A stretch of DNA of 52,937 nucleotides from a virus (lineage: Duplodnaviria; Caudoviricetes): IMG/VR virus record IMGVR_UViG_3300025652_000098, positions 1 through 52,937 of that record; one strand, given 5' to 3'. Below the pieces are notes generated by a model, which did no database searches, was not told the origin of the DNA, and saw only the letters and a list, made by a program, of their open reading frames with translations. Within the stretch, counting starts at the first letter, position 1; each line of letters opens with the position of its first letter. This document shows, in pieces, positions 29,107 through 39,825 of the stretch. The translations under genes and the position numbers were made by a program.

Positions 29107-30064
29107 GTTCTTTGTTCATTATGACGAATGGACCGGCAATATCTTAAATATTTCGACTAAGTTAGCCGAGACCAACCACTCCATGATACGCACGGAATCA
29201 TCGATTGCGCGTGATATTCTTAAAGGAAAAATTAGTAAGAAGTCATTCGTTGTCGCGGAGTTTTCTGGTGTAAAACAGATAGTCTCCAGAAATGAAGTAT
29301 TGGCAATCAAAAAACAAGAAAATATACTGACAAAAATACCACAACGGGGCATGTCGTTCTCTGCTGATATTAATCTTGTACTATACAAACAAGATTGGAT
29401 GCTGGAAATAAACTTGAATCAGGACACTATGCAGTCATTGACTGGCGGTAAACATCATTCGGCAAATATTGACAAGAGTATGATAAATGGACATGATAAT
29501 GTTGTGTTATATTGTATTGAACACAACCGTCCATTTAATCTGTTTGAAAAAATAGAAATTGATCCTGTCGATCTTGTGAATAACGGATACATGTTGGTTG
29601 ACTTGAATCATCTACGAAACAAGGTAGCTATTGCTGACTTAGAATTCTTAACAAAGCGAATTTTTAAAAATTATAACTTGAAAATTAAAGATAAGTATGT
29701 TAGTATTGATTATCACTCACGCACAAGCCAACGTAGAGGTTATACCACGATAACATCAGACGAAAAACAATCAACCAATTTCATCATTAGTCCTAGTACT
29801 AATGGATGGATTATTAAAAGTAATTTCGATGATCCTCTAGAACACAAAATATATAGAGATATTAAAATATTTTTAGTAGATGGTGGACCGTTTGGATTAG
29901 TTGATAAAATAGTGTTGCCGCACAATAAAATAGGCCAACATAGAGAAATATTAGTAAGCACCAAAGTTGATCCTAGAGACTGTTTTATGCTTATGCCCGC
30001 AGAAAATAAGAATATTACATTTAGATATGAGGAAATAAAATATGCCAAACCTGGTAAGTATTAA
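29051..30064 (+). CDS. Hypothetical protein
   Basis: 337-aa ORF filling the operon gap. N-terminal FFVHYDEWTGNI. No catalytic motif recognised. Confidence 0.6.
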   Translation: MNSLNNLIRKTSVEKSPTKFFVHYDEWTGNILNISTKLAETNHSMIRTESSIARDILKGKISKKSFVVAEFSGVKQIVSRNEVLAIKKQENILTKIPQRGMSFSADINLVLYKQDWMLEINLNQDTMQSLTGGKHHSANIDKSMINGHDNVVLYCIEHNRPFNLFEKIEIDPVDLVNNGYMLVDLNHLRNKVAIADLEFLTKRIFKNYNLKIKDKYVSIDYHSRTSQRRGYTTITSDEKQSTNFIISPSTNGWIIKSNFDDPLEHKIYRDIKIFLVDGGPFGLVDKIVLPHNKIGQHREILVSTKVDPRDCFMLMPAENKNITFRYEEIKYAKPGKY

Positions 30065-31025
30065 CGAATTCGATATTATTTACATTAGCTATGATGAGCC
30101 GAACGCAGAAGAAAACTGGGCTGATCTACAAGATAAATGTCCATGGGCTAAGCGCAGCCATGGAGTATGGGGCAGTGATGCCGCACACAAAGCAGCAGCC
30201 GCTATTAGTGAAACAGAGCGATTTGTCACGATTGACGCAGACAATATTGTCAATGAAGATTTTTTTAATATCGAACTAGATATGGATAGAATCGCAGGAG
30301 ATGATGTTATTAGCTTTGCTGCTAAGAATAAAATAAACGGTCTAGTGTATGGCAATGGCGGCATCAAAATGTGGCCAGTTGACGTTGTTAATCGTATGCG
30401 CACTCATGAAGCAGCAGCAGAAAATGATAAACGAGCACAGGTAGACTTTTGCTGGAATATCAACTATGTACAAATGAATAACTGGTACAGCTGGGTTCAC
30501 AATCACGGTAGTCCACTCCAAGCATGGCGCGCTGGCTTTCGTGAAGGCGTTAAGATGGGATTAGAGAACGGCGATGTCGTTGATCCTGCGAAGATCAAGC
30601 AGATTCATAACGAGAACTATCGTAGGCTTATGGTGTGGATGACAGTTGGCGAAGATGTGACCAATGGACTATGGGCAATATATGGTGCTCGTCTTGGTTG
30701 TTATATGACAAATGTACAGCGCACAGACTGGGACTGGAAAAATGTTCGGGACTTTGATTGGTTGACAAACTACTTTAACACCGAACTGGCTCCTCAGTTT
30801 GAAGATGGCAACGAACTATGCCCGCGAACTGGTTATAGCTGGAACATTGATAAACTTAAAGCAAGTACTGTTGATTTGGGTGACAAACTCCGTGGCACAT
30901 TGGACTTAGAAATCGCAGACATCGGTGCTAGTGGCAGTAGATTCTTTAAAACAGTCTATCGCAACCCTAGCAGGCTTGGACCACAAGTAACAGAAGATCG
31001 TGTAATCAATAGTATTGAAGGATAA
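30042..31025 (+). CDS. GT-A fold glycosyltransferase (GT2-like)
   Basis: DIIYISYDEPNA, AHKAAA, VTIDADNIV (DxD), LVYGNGGIK, AWRAGFREGVK. Confidence 0.72.
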   Translation: MPNLVSINEFDIIYISYDEPNAEENWADLQDKCPWAKRSHGVWGSDAAHKAAAAISETERFVTIDADNIVNEDFFNIELDMDRIAGDDVISFAAKNKINGLVYGNGGIKMWPVDVVNRMRTHEAAAENDKRAQVDFCWNINYVQMNNWYSWVHNHGSPLQAWRAGFREGVKMGLENGDVVDPAKIKQIHNENYRRLMVWMTVGEDVTNGLWAIYGARLGCYMTNVQRTDWDWKNVRDFDWLTNYFNTELAPQFEDGNELCPRTGYSWNIDKLKASTVDLGDKLRGTLDLEIADIGASGSRFFKTVYRNPSRLGPQVTEDRVINSIEG

Positions 31026-31028
31026 ATC

Positions 31029-32597
31029 ATGTCGAACTACGATGATGACGCACGAGATACTCGTGACAAACTGAACTCCTTGTCATCATCCATGTGTATG
31101 GCAAAGTGGTTACAGGTTAGTTTGCATTTGCCACAAGGCAGAACACATAGTTGTTATCATCCGCCAACTCATCCTATTCCACTGGATGAACTCAAGGCAA
31201 ACCCGAACGCTCTTCATAACACCAAGTTCAAGCTAAACGAGCGTAAGCAAATGAAGAACGGCGAACGACCAAGTGGGTGTCAGTACTGCTGGAACGTAGA
31301 AGACGCCAAGGATGCTCCAAAAGAAGGTAGACTTAGTGATAGACACTATCGTTCAAGTGAGTGGTGGGTTAAAGACGCATGGGAAGAGGTAGTTAAACAG
31401 CCCTGGGATCATGATATTAAACCGCGTTACGTTGAGGTAAATTTCAATCAAGCATGTAACCTAAAGTGTAGTTATTGTAGTCCCCACTTGAGCACTGCTT
31501 GGGAAGACGACATTAATGAACACGGCGGCTTCCGATTTGCGGATGGCGGTGGACATAACGATATTGATTACTTGCGTGATACCGGCATGATGCCACTTGA
31601 GGTAGCACGAAAGGATAATCCATATATCGACGCATTCTGGAAATGGTTCCCTGATACATACAAAGACTTGAAAGTATTTCGTATGACCGGTGGTGAGCCG
31701 TTGATGGACAAGAATACATTTAAGGTTCTTGATTACGTCAATGAGAATCCTAACTCATCTATCGATCTGAGTATTACTTCTAATATGTCACCACCAACTC
31801 CTGCTTTAATGGATCGTTTCATCGAAAAGTTAAAAAAGATTGAAGAGGTAAGAGTATGGGAAGATACAACACGTATCAATCCTCACACTGGCAACAACTG
31901 GTATGTATCCCCAGCATGTAAACATTTTTCATTATTTGTGAGTGTTGACGGCGTAGGCAAGCAGGCGGAATATATGCGAGACGGATTAGACTTTGATACA
32001 ATGTACGAGAATTGTCGCAGAGTTCTTAGAGAAACAAACGGTACTGAGATATCATTCATCAATACGTTCAATTTGTTGAGTATTCCAAACCTGCGTGGAT
32101 TCTTAGACATGATACTAGCACTGCGTGAAGAATTTGGATATGAAAATCAGGAAGATATTATTATCACTCCGCCTGATCATAATGGGTTCAAGCATCCGGA
32201 GTTTGTTCGCAAGAAGCGTCAGCGCATATGGTTTGATATTCCTTATCTTCATTTTCCAGACTGGATGACTATTCAGTTGGCTTCACCCGAGATGTTGGAG
32301 ATAATCGAAGATAATATCGAGTATATGAAAGCAAATATTCTACCAGATGATCTATACGGTCGCAAGTATACGGGCTTCAAAAACTACGAGGTACTGAAAC
32401 TGGAACGAGATTTAGCATGGGCTAAAGAAGGACTAAATATAAGTGAGACAGAATTAAGTAACAAGTTAATTCGGTTCTACGAATATTTCACACAATATGA
32501 TAAACGCAGAAATTTAAATTTTCTAGAAACATTTCCAGAGATGGCAGATTTCTGGAATAAAGCCAAAGAAGAGAAAGAGGCAAAATATGGGTCGTAA
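31029..32597 (+). CDS. Radical SAM protein with N-terminal twitch domain (rSAM1)
   Basis: CNLKCSYC, TGGEP. N-terminal CMAKW...SCYHP...CQYC. Confidence 0.9.
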   Translation: MSNYDDDARDTRDKLNSLSSSMCMAKWLQVSLHLPQGRTHSCYHPPTHPIPLDELKANPNALHNTKFKLNERKQMKNGERPSGCQYCWNVEDAKDAPKEGRLSDRHYRSSEWWVKDAWEEVVKQPWDHDIKPRYVEVNFNQACNLKCSYCSPHLSTAWEDDINEHGGFRFADGGGHNDIDYLRDTGMMPLEVARKDNPYIDAFWKWFPDTYKDLKVFRMTGGEPLMDKNTFKVLDYVNENPNSSIDLSITSNMSPPTPALMDRFIEKLKKIEEVRVWEDTTRINPHTGNNWYVSPACKHFSLFVSVDGVGKQAEYMRDGLDFDTMYENCRRVLRETNGTEISFINTFNLLSIPNLRGFLDMILALREEFGYENQEDIIITPPDHNGFKHPEFVRKKRQRIWFDIPYLHFPDWMTIQLASPEMLEIIEDNIEYMKANILPDDLYGRKYTGFKNYEVLKLERDLAWAKEGLNISETELSNKLIRFYEYFTQYDKRRNLNFLETFPEMADFWNKAKEEKEAKYGS

Positions 32598-34137
32598 GCA
32601 CTCTGAAGGCGAAACCCTTCACAAATACAAAGAACGCATGATTGACAGTGTTAGTAAAAGTTACTGTGCCGCTAAATGGTATAACGCAACGATTTGGTTG
32701 GGACATGGACAAACGACTAGTTGCCATCACCCACCCGGACATTGGATTCCTTTGGATGAACTTAAAGACAACTACACTGCTATCCATAATACATCACACA
32801 AGAAAAAAATGCGAAAAATGATGCAAGAAGGCGAGAGACCTGCTGAGTGTGAATACTGTTGGAAAATAGAAGACCTTGGCAAAGATCACATCAGTGACCG
32901 TGTCTTTAAGACTGAAATTTTCAAAGACGAGGACGTAGCAGCTAGCGCAACTGCCGACTGGCAAGAAGATACCATGTTGCGTACACTTGAAATTTCGTTT
33001 GATCGTGCTTGTAACTTAAAATGCAGTTACTGTAACCCCGCATTCTCTACAGCATGGGTCAAGGATATTAATGACTACGGCGCTTATCAAAATATTCAAA
33101 GTGACGGTCGTGGACACTTTATGGACACTGCTCCATGGGCAGAATCGGCAACAAAGAAGGCCGAGGATAATCCTTATATACAAGCGTTTCACAAATGGTG
33201 GGAAAATGGACTTGCTGACAATTTAGAAGAGATCCGTATTACTGGTGGTGAACCTATTATGCACTCCGGAACATGGAAACTATTTGACTGGTTTAAGCAG
33301 AATCCAACTCGCGGCAGACAGATGCGTTTCGCTATCAACTCTAATCTATCGCCAGAAACCCCCAAGGTACTAGACAAGTTGATTGAGAAGTCGTGGCATG
33401 TTCCTAACTTTGAAATTTATACTAGTATGGAAGCAACAAAGGACCAAGCAGAATACATTCGTGATGGTCTTGATTATGGTAAATGGATGGATAGTATTCA
33501 TCGTGTTCTTCGTGAATCTAACGTAGCTAAGTTACACATGATGATGACAATCAATTCGTTGTGCTTAACAACTATCACTGATTTCATGGACGAAATGCTA
33601 GACTTGCGTGAAGAGTATAAGAATAGAGCGCCAACAATGACACTAAACATTCTACGTTTCCCGTCATTTCAAAGTGCTGCTATTTTGCCTGAACATATCA
33701 AGACATTTTATAAAGATAAACTAGAAGCATGGTTTAATAGTGAACGTCCACAAAAAATGTTAACAGAGGGCGAAATCGCAAGTATTCAACGATTGATTGA
33801 TTATATTGATATTGTTAAAACTCCACACAAGAACACAGCGAATCAAGACAAGCTGTACAATGACTTCAAAGCATTCTTTGTACAATATGATATTCGTCGT
33901 AGTAAAAACTTTTCGGCTACTTTTCCTGGTCTATTGTCAGAATGGTTTGATAGTATCGAAGCAGAAACTCCGTCGGTAGAGCAGATTCTTGGTAAAGAAC
34001 TTGTATTCACCAATTCAGATCGTACCGGAGACCCTGCTACTATTGAATCATATGATGGTGGCGACGACGAACATGAAGCTGTTGGCGGCTGGGATACCGA
34101 GACTGATGCCCTTGGTGGCGTAGTGGTAGAGGATTAA
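32587..34137 (+). CDS. Radical SAM protein with N-terminal twitch domain (rSAM2)
   Basis: CNLKCSYC, TGGEP. N-terminal CAAKW...SCHHP...CEYC. Confidence 0.9.
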   Translation: MGRKHSEGETLHKYKERMIDSVSKSYCAAKWYNATIWLGHGQTTSCHHPPGHWIPLDELKDNYTAIHNTSHKKKMRKMMQEGERPAECEYCWKIEDLGKDHISDRVFKTEIFKDEDVAASATADWQEDTMLRTLEISFDRACNLKCSYCNPAFSTAWVKDINDYGAYQNIQSDGRGHFMDTAPWAESATKKAEDNPYIQAFHKWWENGLADNLEEIRITGGEPIMHSGTWKLFDWFKQNPTRGRQMRFAINSNLSPETPKVLDKLIEKSWHVPNFEIYTSMEATKDQAEYIRDGLDYGKWMDSIHRVLRESNVAKLHMMMTINSLCLTTITDFMDEMLDLREEYKNRAPTMTLNILRFPSFQSAAILPEHIKTFYKDKLEAWFNSERPQKMLTEGEIASIQRLIDYIDIVKTPHKNTANQDKLYNDFKAFFVQYDIRRSKNFSATFPGLLSEWFDSIEAETPSVEQILGKELVFTNSDRTGDPATIESYDGGDDEHEAVGGWDTETDALGGVVVED

Positions 34138-34916
34138 TGTATGATACTCTGTGGATAGGCTGTAGTCACAGTTCTGGGTTATACGATTATAAGAATCGTA
34201 TAATCGACTCACGATGTGGTATCGCATCTCGTATCGCGGATCATTATAAGCAATCGTGGAAAATATTATCATTTCCCGGCGATGGCAATCACACCTTTAT
34301 GGAAATTGTAAAGACACTAGATGATCTGGACGAGCTTAAAAAATTTAAGAACATAATAGTGCAGCAAACATATGAGCCTAGGCTTAACTTTTATGAACAG
34401 GCAGCCCACCAGGACCGCATGACAGCAGTAATAGATTTCATACAATCTGATAACCATGAGAAGAACGATGTATTGAATGCCGCCATCCGCGGGCATGATA
34501 AGAAAGTTTTTTCTTTAATTGCCCGTGAATTATTTACCCAACATGGCTGGAAGTTTACTAAGGAAAATATTAACTTTATTGATGTAATACGACACATCGT
34601 AGACAATATAGACCCACGCAATAGTTCATTGCCACATGGTTCTATTTGGACTAAAGCAGCGATAGATTATATTGAACTCGTTTCTGAAAAGAATGGATGT
34701 AATTTTTATACATTTAAATGGGTGGGTAGCTACTGTACACAGTCTGATCCTGGTGTCACTGGATTATTCAAAGGCAATCAAGATTTACTCCAATTAATTA
34801 AAGAAGCAAATCTACAATCTGAGCTTAGTAAATTGGGGTGTCACCCCACAGAAAAAATAATTCAGTTCGCATTAGATATTTTAGTAAGGGAGTTAGACGA
34901 AATTGGGTACAAATAA
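34137..34916 (+). CDS. SGNH/GDSL-like hydrolase or acyltransferase
   Basis: Block I-like IGCSHS, G.GN, IIVQQT...R and C-terminal HP. Confidence 0.55.
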   Translation: MYDTLWIGCSHSSGLYDYKNRIIDSRCGIASRIADHYKQSWKILSFPGDGNHTFMEIVKTLDDLDELKKFKNIIVQQTYEPRLNFYEQAAHQDRMTAVIDFIQSDNHEKNDVLNAAIRGHDKKVFSLIARELFTQHGWKFTKENINFIDVIRHIVDNIDPRNSSLPHGSIWTKAAIDYIELVSEKNGCNFYTFKWVGSYCTQSDPGVTGLFKGNQDLLQLIKEANLQSELSKLGCHPTEKIIQFALDILVRELDEIGYK

Positions 34917-36090
34917 TAAAGCATTCTGTATTGCACCGTGGATGCATATGCACGTTGAGCCAGACGGTGATGTGCAGCTATGTTGTGCTTCTAACTGGAA
35001 GCATGAGCATCAGCGCAGCTTGGGCAATCTTAACGAACAGTCACCTGAAGAGATTTGGAATAGCAGTCAATATAAAATGATTCGCAAGAATATGTTGGCA
35101 GGCAAAGAAATGCCACAATATTGCTCACCGTGTTATACCAGAGAAGACGGCGGAATAAATCAGACTGAGCGCCAACGACTCAATGAAGAATTCAAAGATA
35201 CATTTTCTCTTGTAGACACTACACTAGAGGATGGTACGTTAGAAACACTCAAGTTGAAATATCTTGATATACGATTTAACAATTTGTGTAACTTAAAGTG
35301 TAGGACGTGTGGACCGGACTGGAGCACTAGTTGGGCTAACGAGCTGGGCATTAAAAAGCCATTATTGTACAATAATACATGGCGCAAATTATTGCCCTAC
35401 TTAGATCAACTAGAAAAGGTATACTTTGCTGGCGGCGAGCCGTTGATGACAATGGAACACTATGACTTCATAGAACAGTTAGTTGAAGTTAATCCAGATA
35501 TTGAATTACTATATACTAGCAATTTCAGCAGACTATCACTTAAAAATCGGCACGTACTGGACTATTGGCCTAAATTTAGAAAAGTAAATGCAATTGCGAG
35601 TATTGATCATTATGGTGAATATTCATCATATGTTAGGACCAATAGTGATTATCAAGTTATACTGGATAACTTACAATATATCAGAGACGCTGGTCATAGT
35701 AATATCCATCCTGCCGTAACTAGCGTATATTCAATATATAACGCAACTAAGTTGGGAGACTTTATTATTCGGCTGTTCGAAGATGGAGCAATCGAGAATA
35801 TGAATCAGATTGTATTCAATATTCTCGTGAATCCTGATTATCAAATGGCAACTATTATGCCAGATCGGGCACTAGAAACTGCAATTGAGAATACGCAAAA
35901 AGGGATTGATTATCTATTGGCGCGTGGCGAAGATCCGCAGAAGTTACAGAGTGCTATCGGGTGGTTGACAAACAATCATAAATATGACGAGACTAAGTTT
36001 GATAAATTTGTTAAGTATAACATGGCATTAGACAAAATACGAAATTCAGACTTCGGCCATATGTACCCAGAATATACAGGAGTGGCATAA
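34903..36090 (+). CDS. Radical SAM protein with N-terminal twitch domain (rSAM3), TTG start
   Basis: FCIAPWMH...LCC...CSPC, CNLKCRTC, AGGEP. Confidence 0.9.
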   Translation: MGTNNKAFCIAPWMHMHVEPDGDVQLCCASNWKHEHQRSLGNLNEQSPEEIWNSSQYKMIRKNMLAGKEMPQYCSPCYTREDGGINQTERQRLNEEFKDTFSLVDTTLEDGTLETLKLKYLDIRFNNLCNLKCRTCGPDWSTSWANELGIKKPLLYNNTWRKLLPYLDQLEKVYFAGGEPLMTMEHYDFIEQLVEVNPDIELLYTSNFSRLSLKNRHVLDYWPKFRKVNAIASIDHYGEYSSYVRTNSDYQVILDNLQYIRDAGHSNIHPAVTSVYSIYNATKLGDFIIRLFEDGAIENMNQIVFNILVNPDYQMATIMPDRALETAIENTQKGIDYLLARGEDPQKLQSAIGWLTNNHKYDETKFDKFVKYNMALDKIRNSDFGHMYPEYTGVA

Positions 36091-36095
36091 ACAAG

Positions 36096-37262
36096 ATGAA
36101 AAATTATTGCCCTCACGCATTTAATGCTCTAGAAATAAACACAAGTGGCGTATTTAAGCCGTGCTGTATTAGTTCTAAAACTTTTACCGACGCAGACGGC
36201 AATAAATGCAACGCGGCATCTCATCGTATATCAGAAGTGTACGCAAGCGATAGCAGAAGAGAATGGATTGAAAACTTTGACGATACATTCGCTACGGATT
36301 GTAATCAGTGTTATCAGATTGAAAAAAGCGGCGGTGAAAGTAAACGCCTAAGAGAAATAAAGTGTTGGGAAGGATACTACGGAGGAAAGAGTAAAGTTCC
36401 GATTTTGTCGTCCGATAGTGCGCTAGAGGTGTTGGATTTAAAATTAGGAAACACCTGTAATTTGGCATGTGCAACGTGCCATTCTGATAGTAGCTCAAAG
36501 TGGAATAGCCTATACAAGCAGCATACTGGTGAATTCAATTGGCCCAAACAAGACTGGCAAGACACTGATGAGTTTTGGGAAGACCTGATTACGCAGGTTC
36601 AACGTATCAAAAAGATTGAAATTGCTGGTGGCGAACCTTTTATGAATAAGAAACAGCGAAAGCTGATAAATTATCTTGTTGATAATGATCTAGCAAAAGA
36701 TATTGATATATGCTGGATTACTAACAGTACGTTTTACAATGAAGATATAATCTCTAAATTTAAACATTTTAAATTAGTGCGAGTTATGATAAGTTTAGAC
36801 AACACACATGAGCAATTTGAGTTCATGCGTTACCCGGCTATTTGGAGTGACAGTTATAAAATATTTTCAAAGTTTAATAAACTTGCGAAGGAAGGCAAAA
36901 TTGAAATTGGTATTAGTCATAGTATCAGCGCATTAAATGTTTATCATTTACCAGAGATGTGGGAGTTCGGAAGAGAACACCGCGTGCCAGTGTATAATAA
37001 TATAGTTATGGCTCCATTCTGTATGCAAGACTTGCCTGCTGAGTTTAAGCAAACAGTTAAAGAAAAATTAGAATGTGTAACCGATCCGTCATATCAAACA
37101 AATCCGGCAGCAGGTCCAGATAATTGGATTGTTGAATTTATGATGCGAGAAAAGGGCAATACGAAAAACCCATTGTCTCATTTAGAGTTTGTCAGAAATA
37201 CACGTCCTGGCTTATTCGAAAAGGCATTTCCAGAATTAATCTCAGCATATAATCTCAGATAA
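36096..37262 (+). CDS. Radical SAM protein with N-terminal twitch domain (rSAM4)
   Basis: YCPHAF...PCC...CNQC, CNLACATC, AGGEP. Confidence 0.9.
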   Translation: MKNYCPHAFNALEINTSGVFKPCCISSKTFTDADGNKCNAASHRISEVYASDSRREWIENFDDTFATDCNQCYQIEKSGGESKRLREIKCWEGYYGGKSKVPILSSDSALEVLDLKLGNTCNLACATCHSDSSSKWNSLYKQHTGEFNWPKQDWQDTDEFWEDLITQVQRIKKIEIAGGEPFMNKKQRKLINYLVDNDLAKDIDICWITNSTFYNEDIISKFKHFKLVRVMISLDNTHEQFEFMRYPAIWSDSYKIFSKFNKLAKEGKIEIGISHSISALNVYHLPEMWEFGREHRVPVYNNIVMAPFCMQDLPAEFKQTVKEKLECVTDPSYQTNPAAGPDNWIVEFMMREKGNTKNPLSHLEFVRNTRPGLFEKAFPELISAYNLR

Positions 37263-37313
37263 TATCCAGATACCAGATTGATTAACCGATAAAAAGAGAA
37301 AAGAGAAATAAAA

Positions 37314-38537
37314 ATGAGTGATTCCACTGAGTTAAATAATAATACATTTTGTATGCTGCCGTGGATCCATATGCATATATGGCCAACTGGTAGTACCTAT
37401 CCGTGTTGTTTAGCAGAGAATAATTTTGTAATTGGTAACACTAATAAATCCTCTTTCATGGAACTGTGGAACAGTGAGCGTATGCGTGAACTAAGACGGA
37501 ATATGTTAGATAATAAACCAACAAGTGGATGTTCCCGCTGTTATGAACATGAAGATAATGGCGCTCCTTCGATGCGTAAGGATATGAACAGAGGATATGC
37601 ACACCATTATAATAGAACAGAACTTACTCATCCGGACGGCTCATTGGATGAAATATATATGGCATATATGGATATTCGTTTTTCTAATATCTGTAATATG
37701 AAGTGTCGTACATGTGGTCCCGAGTTATCCTCTCTTTGGGTAGATGACGCGGTTAAAATGGGCAGGTATTCCAAAGAAGCACCGCGTATTTTAAAAATCA
37801 AACCAACATTAGAATCGTTTTGGAGTGATGTTGAGCCTTGGATTGACACCGTTGAGTGTATTTACTTTGCTGGTGGCGAGCCACTTATCATGGACGAACA
37901 CTATAAAATTTTAGAGCACCTAATCGACATAGGCAAAACAGATATTCATATCACGTACAACACTAACTTCAGTAAGTTAAAGTATAAGCAAAAAGATGTG
38001 ATTGAACTGTGGAAAAACTTTAAGCACGTTCGTGTTGGAGCCTCCCTTGACGCAATGGGTCCACGAGCAGAGCTTATGCGGGCAGGCACCAAGTGGGATG
38101 AAATTATGCGGAATAGAGAGCGATTGCTAGAAGAAGCACCACATGTACAATTTCAAATTAGTTCTACTGTTAGTGCTTATAATGCGTGGCATGCCGCGGA
38201 TTTTTATTCCGATTGGATCAATAGAGGATGGGTGACACCTGATCAGGTTGATATTAATATTCTGTTATTCCCCGAGTGGCAACGTCCTGAGATTTTGCCG
38301 AAAGCATTTAGAAAAGAAATTCAAGAAAAATTAAAATCTTATTCAGCGCAGTACGATGTTAAGAATGTCGATAAGAATGGGAGAAGTTATTCCGCATTGA
38401 GCGCACTTATAGAATGTCTAAATAAAGACAAGAGTGATCTTATACCAGAGTTTCTTTCCCAGAATGATCTCATGGATCAGGTTAGAACGGAAAAAATGAT
38501 GGATGTATTCCCAGAATTGAGAGTTTTAAATGTCTAA
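37314..38537 (+). CDS. Radical SAM protein with N-terminal twitch domain (rSAM5)
   Basis: FCMLPWIH...PCC...CSRC, CNMKCRTC, AGGEP. Confidence 0.9.
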   Translation: MSDSTELNNNTFCMLPWIHMHIWPTGSTYPCCLAENNFVIGNTNKSSFMELWNSERMRELRRNMLDNKPTSGCSRCYEHEDNGAPSMRKDMNRGYAHHYNRTELTHPDGSLDEIYMAYMDIRFSNICNMKCRTCGPELSSLWVDDAVKMGRYSKEAPRILKIKPTLESFWSDVEPWIDTVECIYFAGGEPLIMDEHYKILEHLIDIGKTDIHITYNTNFSKLKYKQKDVIELWKNFKHVRVGASLDAMGPRAELMRAGTKWDEIMRNRERLLEEAPHVQFQISSTVSAYNAWHAADFYSDWINRGWVTPDQVDINILLFPEWQRPEILPKAFRKEIQEKLKSYSAQYDVKNVDKNGRSYSALSALIECLNKDKSDLIPEFLSQNDLMDQVRTEKMMDVFPELRVLNV

Positions 38538-39789
38538 CACAAATTGTGTACTTGCCTGGACCCACACGAGTTCCGAGCCAGTCGGCACATGTCGTAGTTG
38601 CTGTATCGCACGAGAACATATCACACATGAAGATGGTACTATATACTCTATTGCCGATTCCACATTTAATGAAATCTTAAACAGTACGTATATGCAGGAA
38701 TTGCGTGCCGATATGCGCGAAGGAAATAAGCCTAAGAATTGCACAACGTGCTGGGAAGATGAGTCTCAAGGTAAAGAAAGTAAGCGTGAGTTTTATAATA
38801 ATCTCATTATCAATAGCTACGGAATAGATGTAGATTTCAATGAAGAACCAGAACAGCCGAAAGATTTACAGATTGCTATTAGCAACGTGTGTAATTTAAA
38901 ATGTAGAACGTGTGCCGCGCCATATTCTTCTAAATGGGTAAAAGAATCAAATGATAGAAAAATCAAAGTCTGGACCGCGCCGACCAAATCTGATGTTCAT
39001 AATTTCGAAACAAGTAAGTTTTGGAGTGATATAGATAATTGGTCTAAGAGTGTTAGGCGATTAGAGATTATGGGCGGCGAGCCATTCTACACAAAAGAGT
39101 TTAAGAAGCTAATAGATCATCTAATCGCCAATGGCACTAGCAAAAACATTAATCTTAATCTGAGTACAAATGGTACAATATTCGATGAAGAGTTAATAGA
39201 TAAGATCATAACTAATTTCAATGGTCTTGGGTTTAATATCAGCATTGACGGAATCGGAGATCATTTTGATCTTATTCGGCATGGCAATAATTGGAATAAT
39301 GTTAAATCTAATTTAGATAAGTTCTATGACCTGTATATGAAACAAGAGTGTACGGAGGCGGAAGTTTGGAAATTGTCAAAATTGTCAATTGGTATTACAA
39401 TAACGATTAGTAATATGAATTTTCATTACTTGCGTGATATCCACGCATTCTTTGAAGATAACTGCCCTAAATTTAAGATATGGAATAATTCAGTATACTT
39501 TCCGGAACATTATTCAAGTAATAATATACCAGATCACCTGAAGGCAAAGTATATAGATAGAGTTATTAATCCTGAAAACTACGGGCTGCCCAAGTGGGAT
39601 GATGCCAAATTTAAAGACTGTATACAGCCACTAGTCAATCACGCTACGAAAGAATACAACAAGAACAGCTGGAGTGCATTTGTGAAAGAATCTACCGCCG
39701 CTGTCGCCTATAGACAAGAGAAATTCGAAAATACATTTCCAGAATTATTCGATATAGTTAAGCCGGCATGGACCACCCGCTTGGCTTGA
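38530..39789 (+). CDS. Radical SAM protein with N-terminal twitch domain (rSAM6)
   Basis: CVLAWTH...SCC...CTTC, CNLKCRTC, MGGEP. Confidence 0.9.
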   Translation: MSNTNCVLAWTHTSSEPVGTCRSCCIAREHITHEDGTIYSIADSTFNEILNSTYMQELRADMREGNKPKNCTTCWEDESQGKESKREFYNNLIINSYGIDVDFNEEPEQPKDLQIAISNVCNLKCRTCAAPYSSKWVKESNDRKIKVWTAPTKSDVHNFETSKFWSDIDNWSKSVRRLEIMGGEPFYTKEFKKLIDHLIANGTSKNINLNLSTNGTIFDEELIDKIITNFNGLGFNISIDGIGDHFDLIRHGNNWNNVKSNLDKFYDLYMKQECTEAEVWKLSKLSIGITITISNMNFHYLRDIHAFFEDNCPKFKIWNNSVYFPEHYSSNNIPDHLKAKYIDRVINPENYGLPKWDDAKFKDCIQPLVNHATKEYNKNSWSAFVKESTAAVAYRQEKFENTFPELFDIVKPAWTTRLA

Positions 39790-39825
39790 TACCTAAAACA
39801 TTAATGCTTGGCTATTGGACAATGA

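Noticed and set aside
35965-35970. TTGACA inside rSAM3
   Set aside because: Arises from W-L-T codons and has no matching -10 at 17 nt.
37238-37285. Short imperfect repeats (aatctcag/ccagat) at the end of rSAM4
   Set aside because: Too short and irregular to support a regulatory or RNA element.
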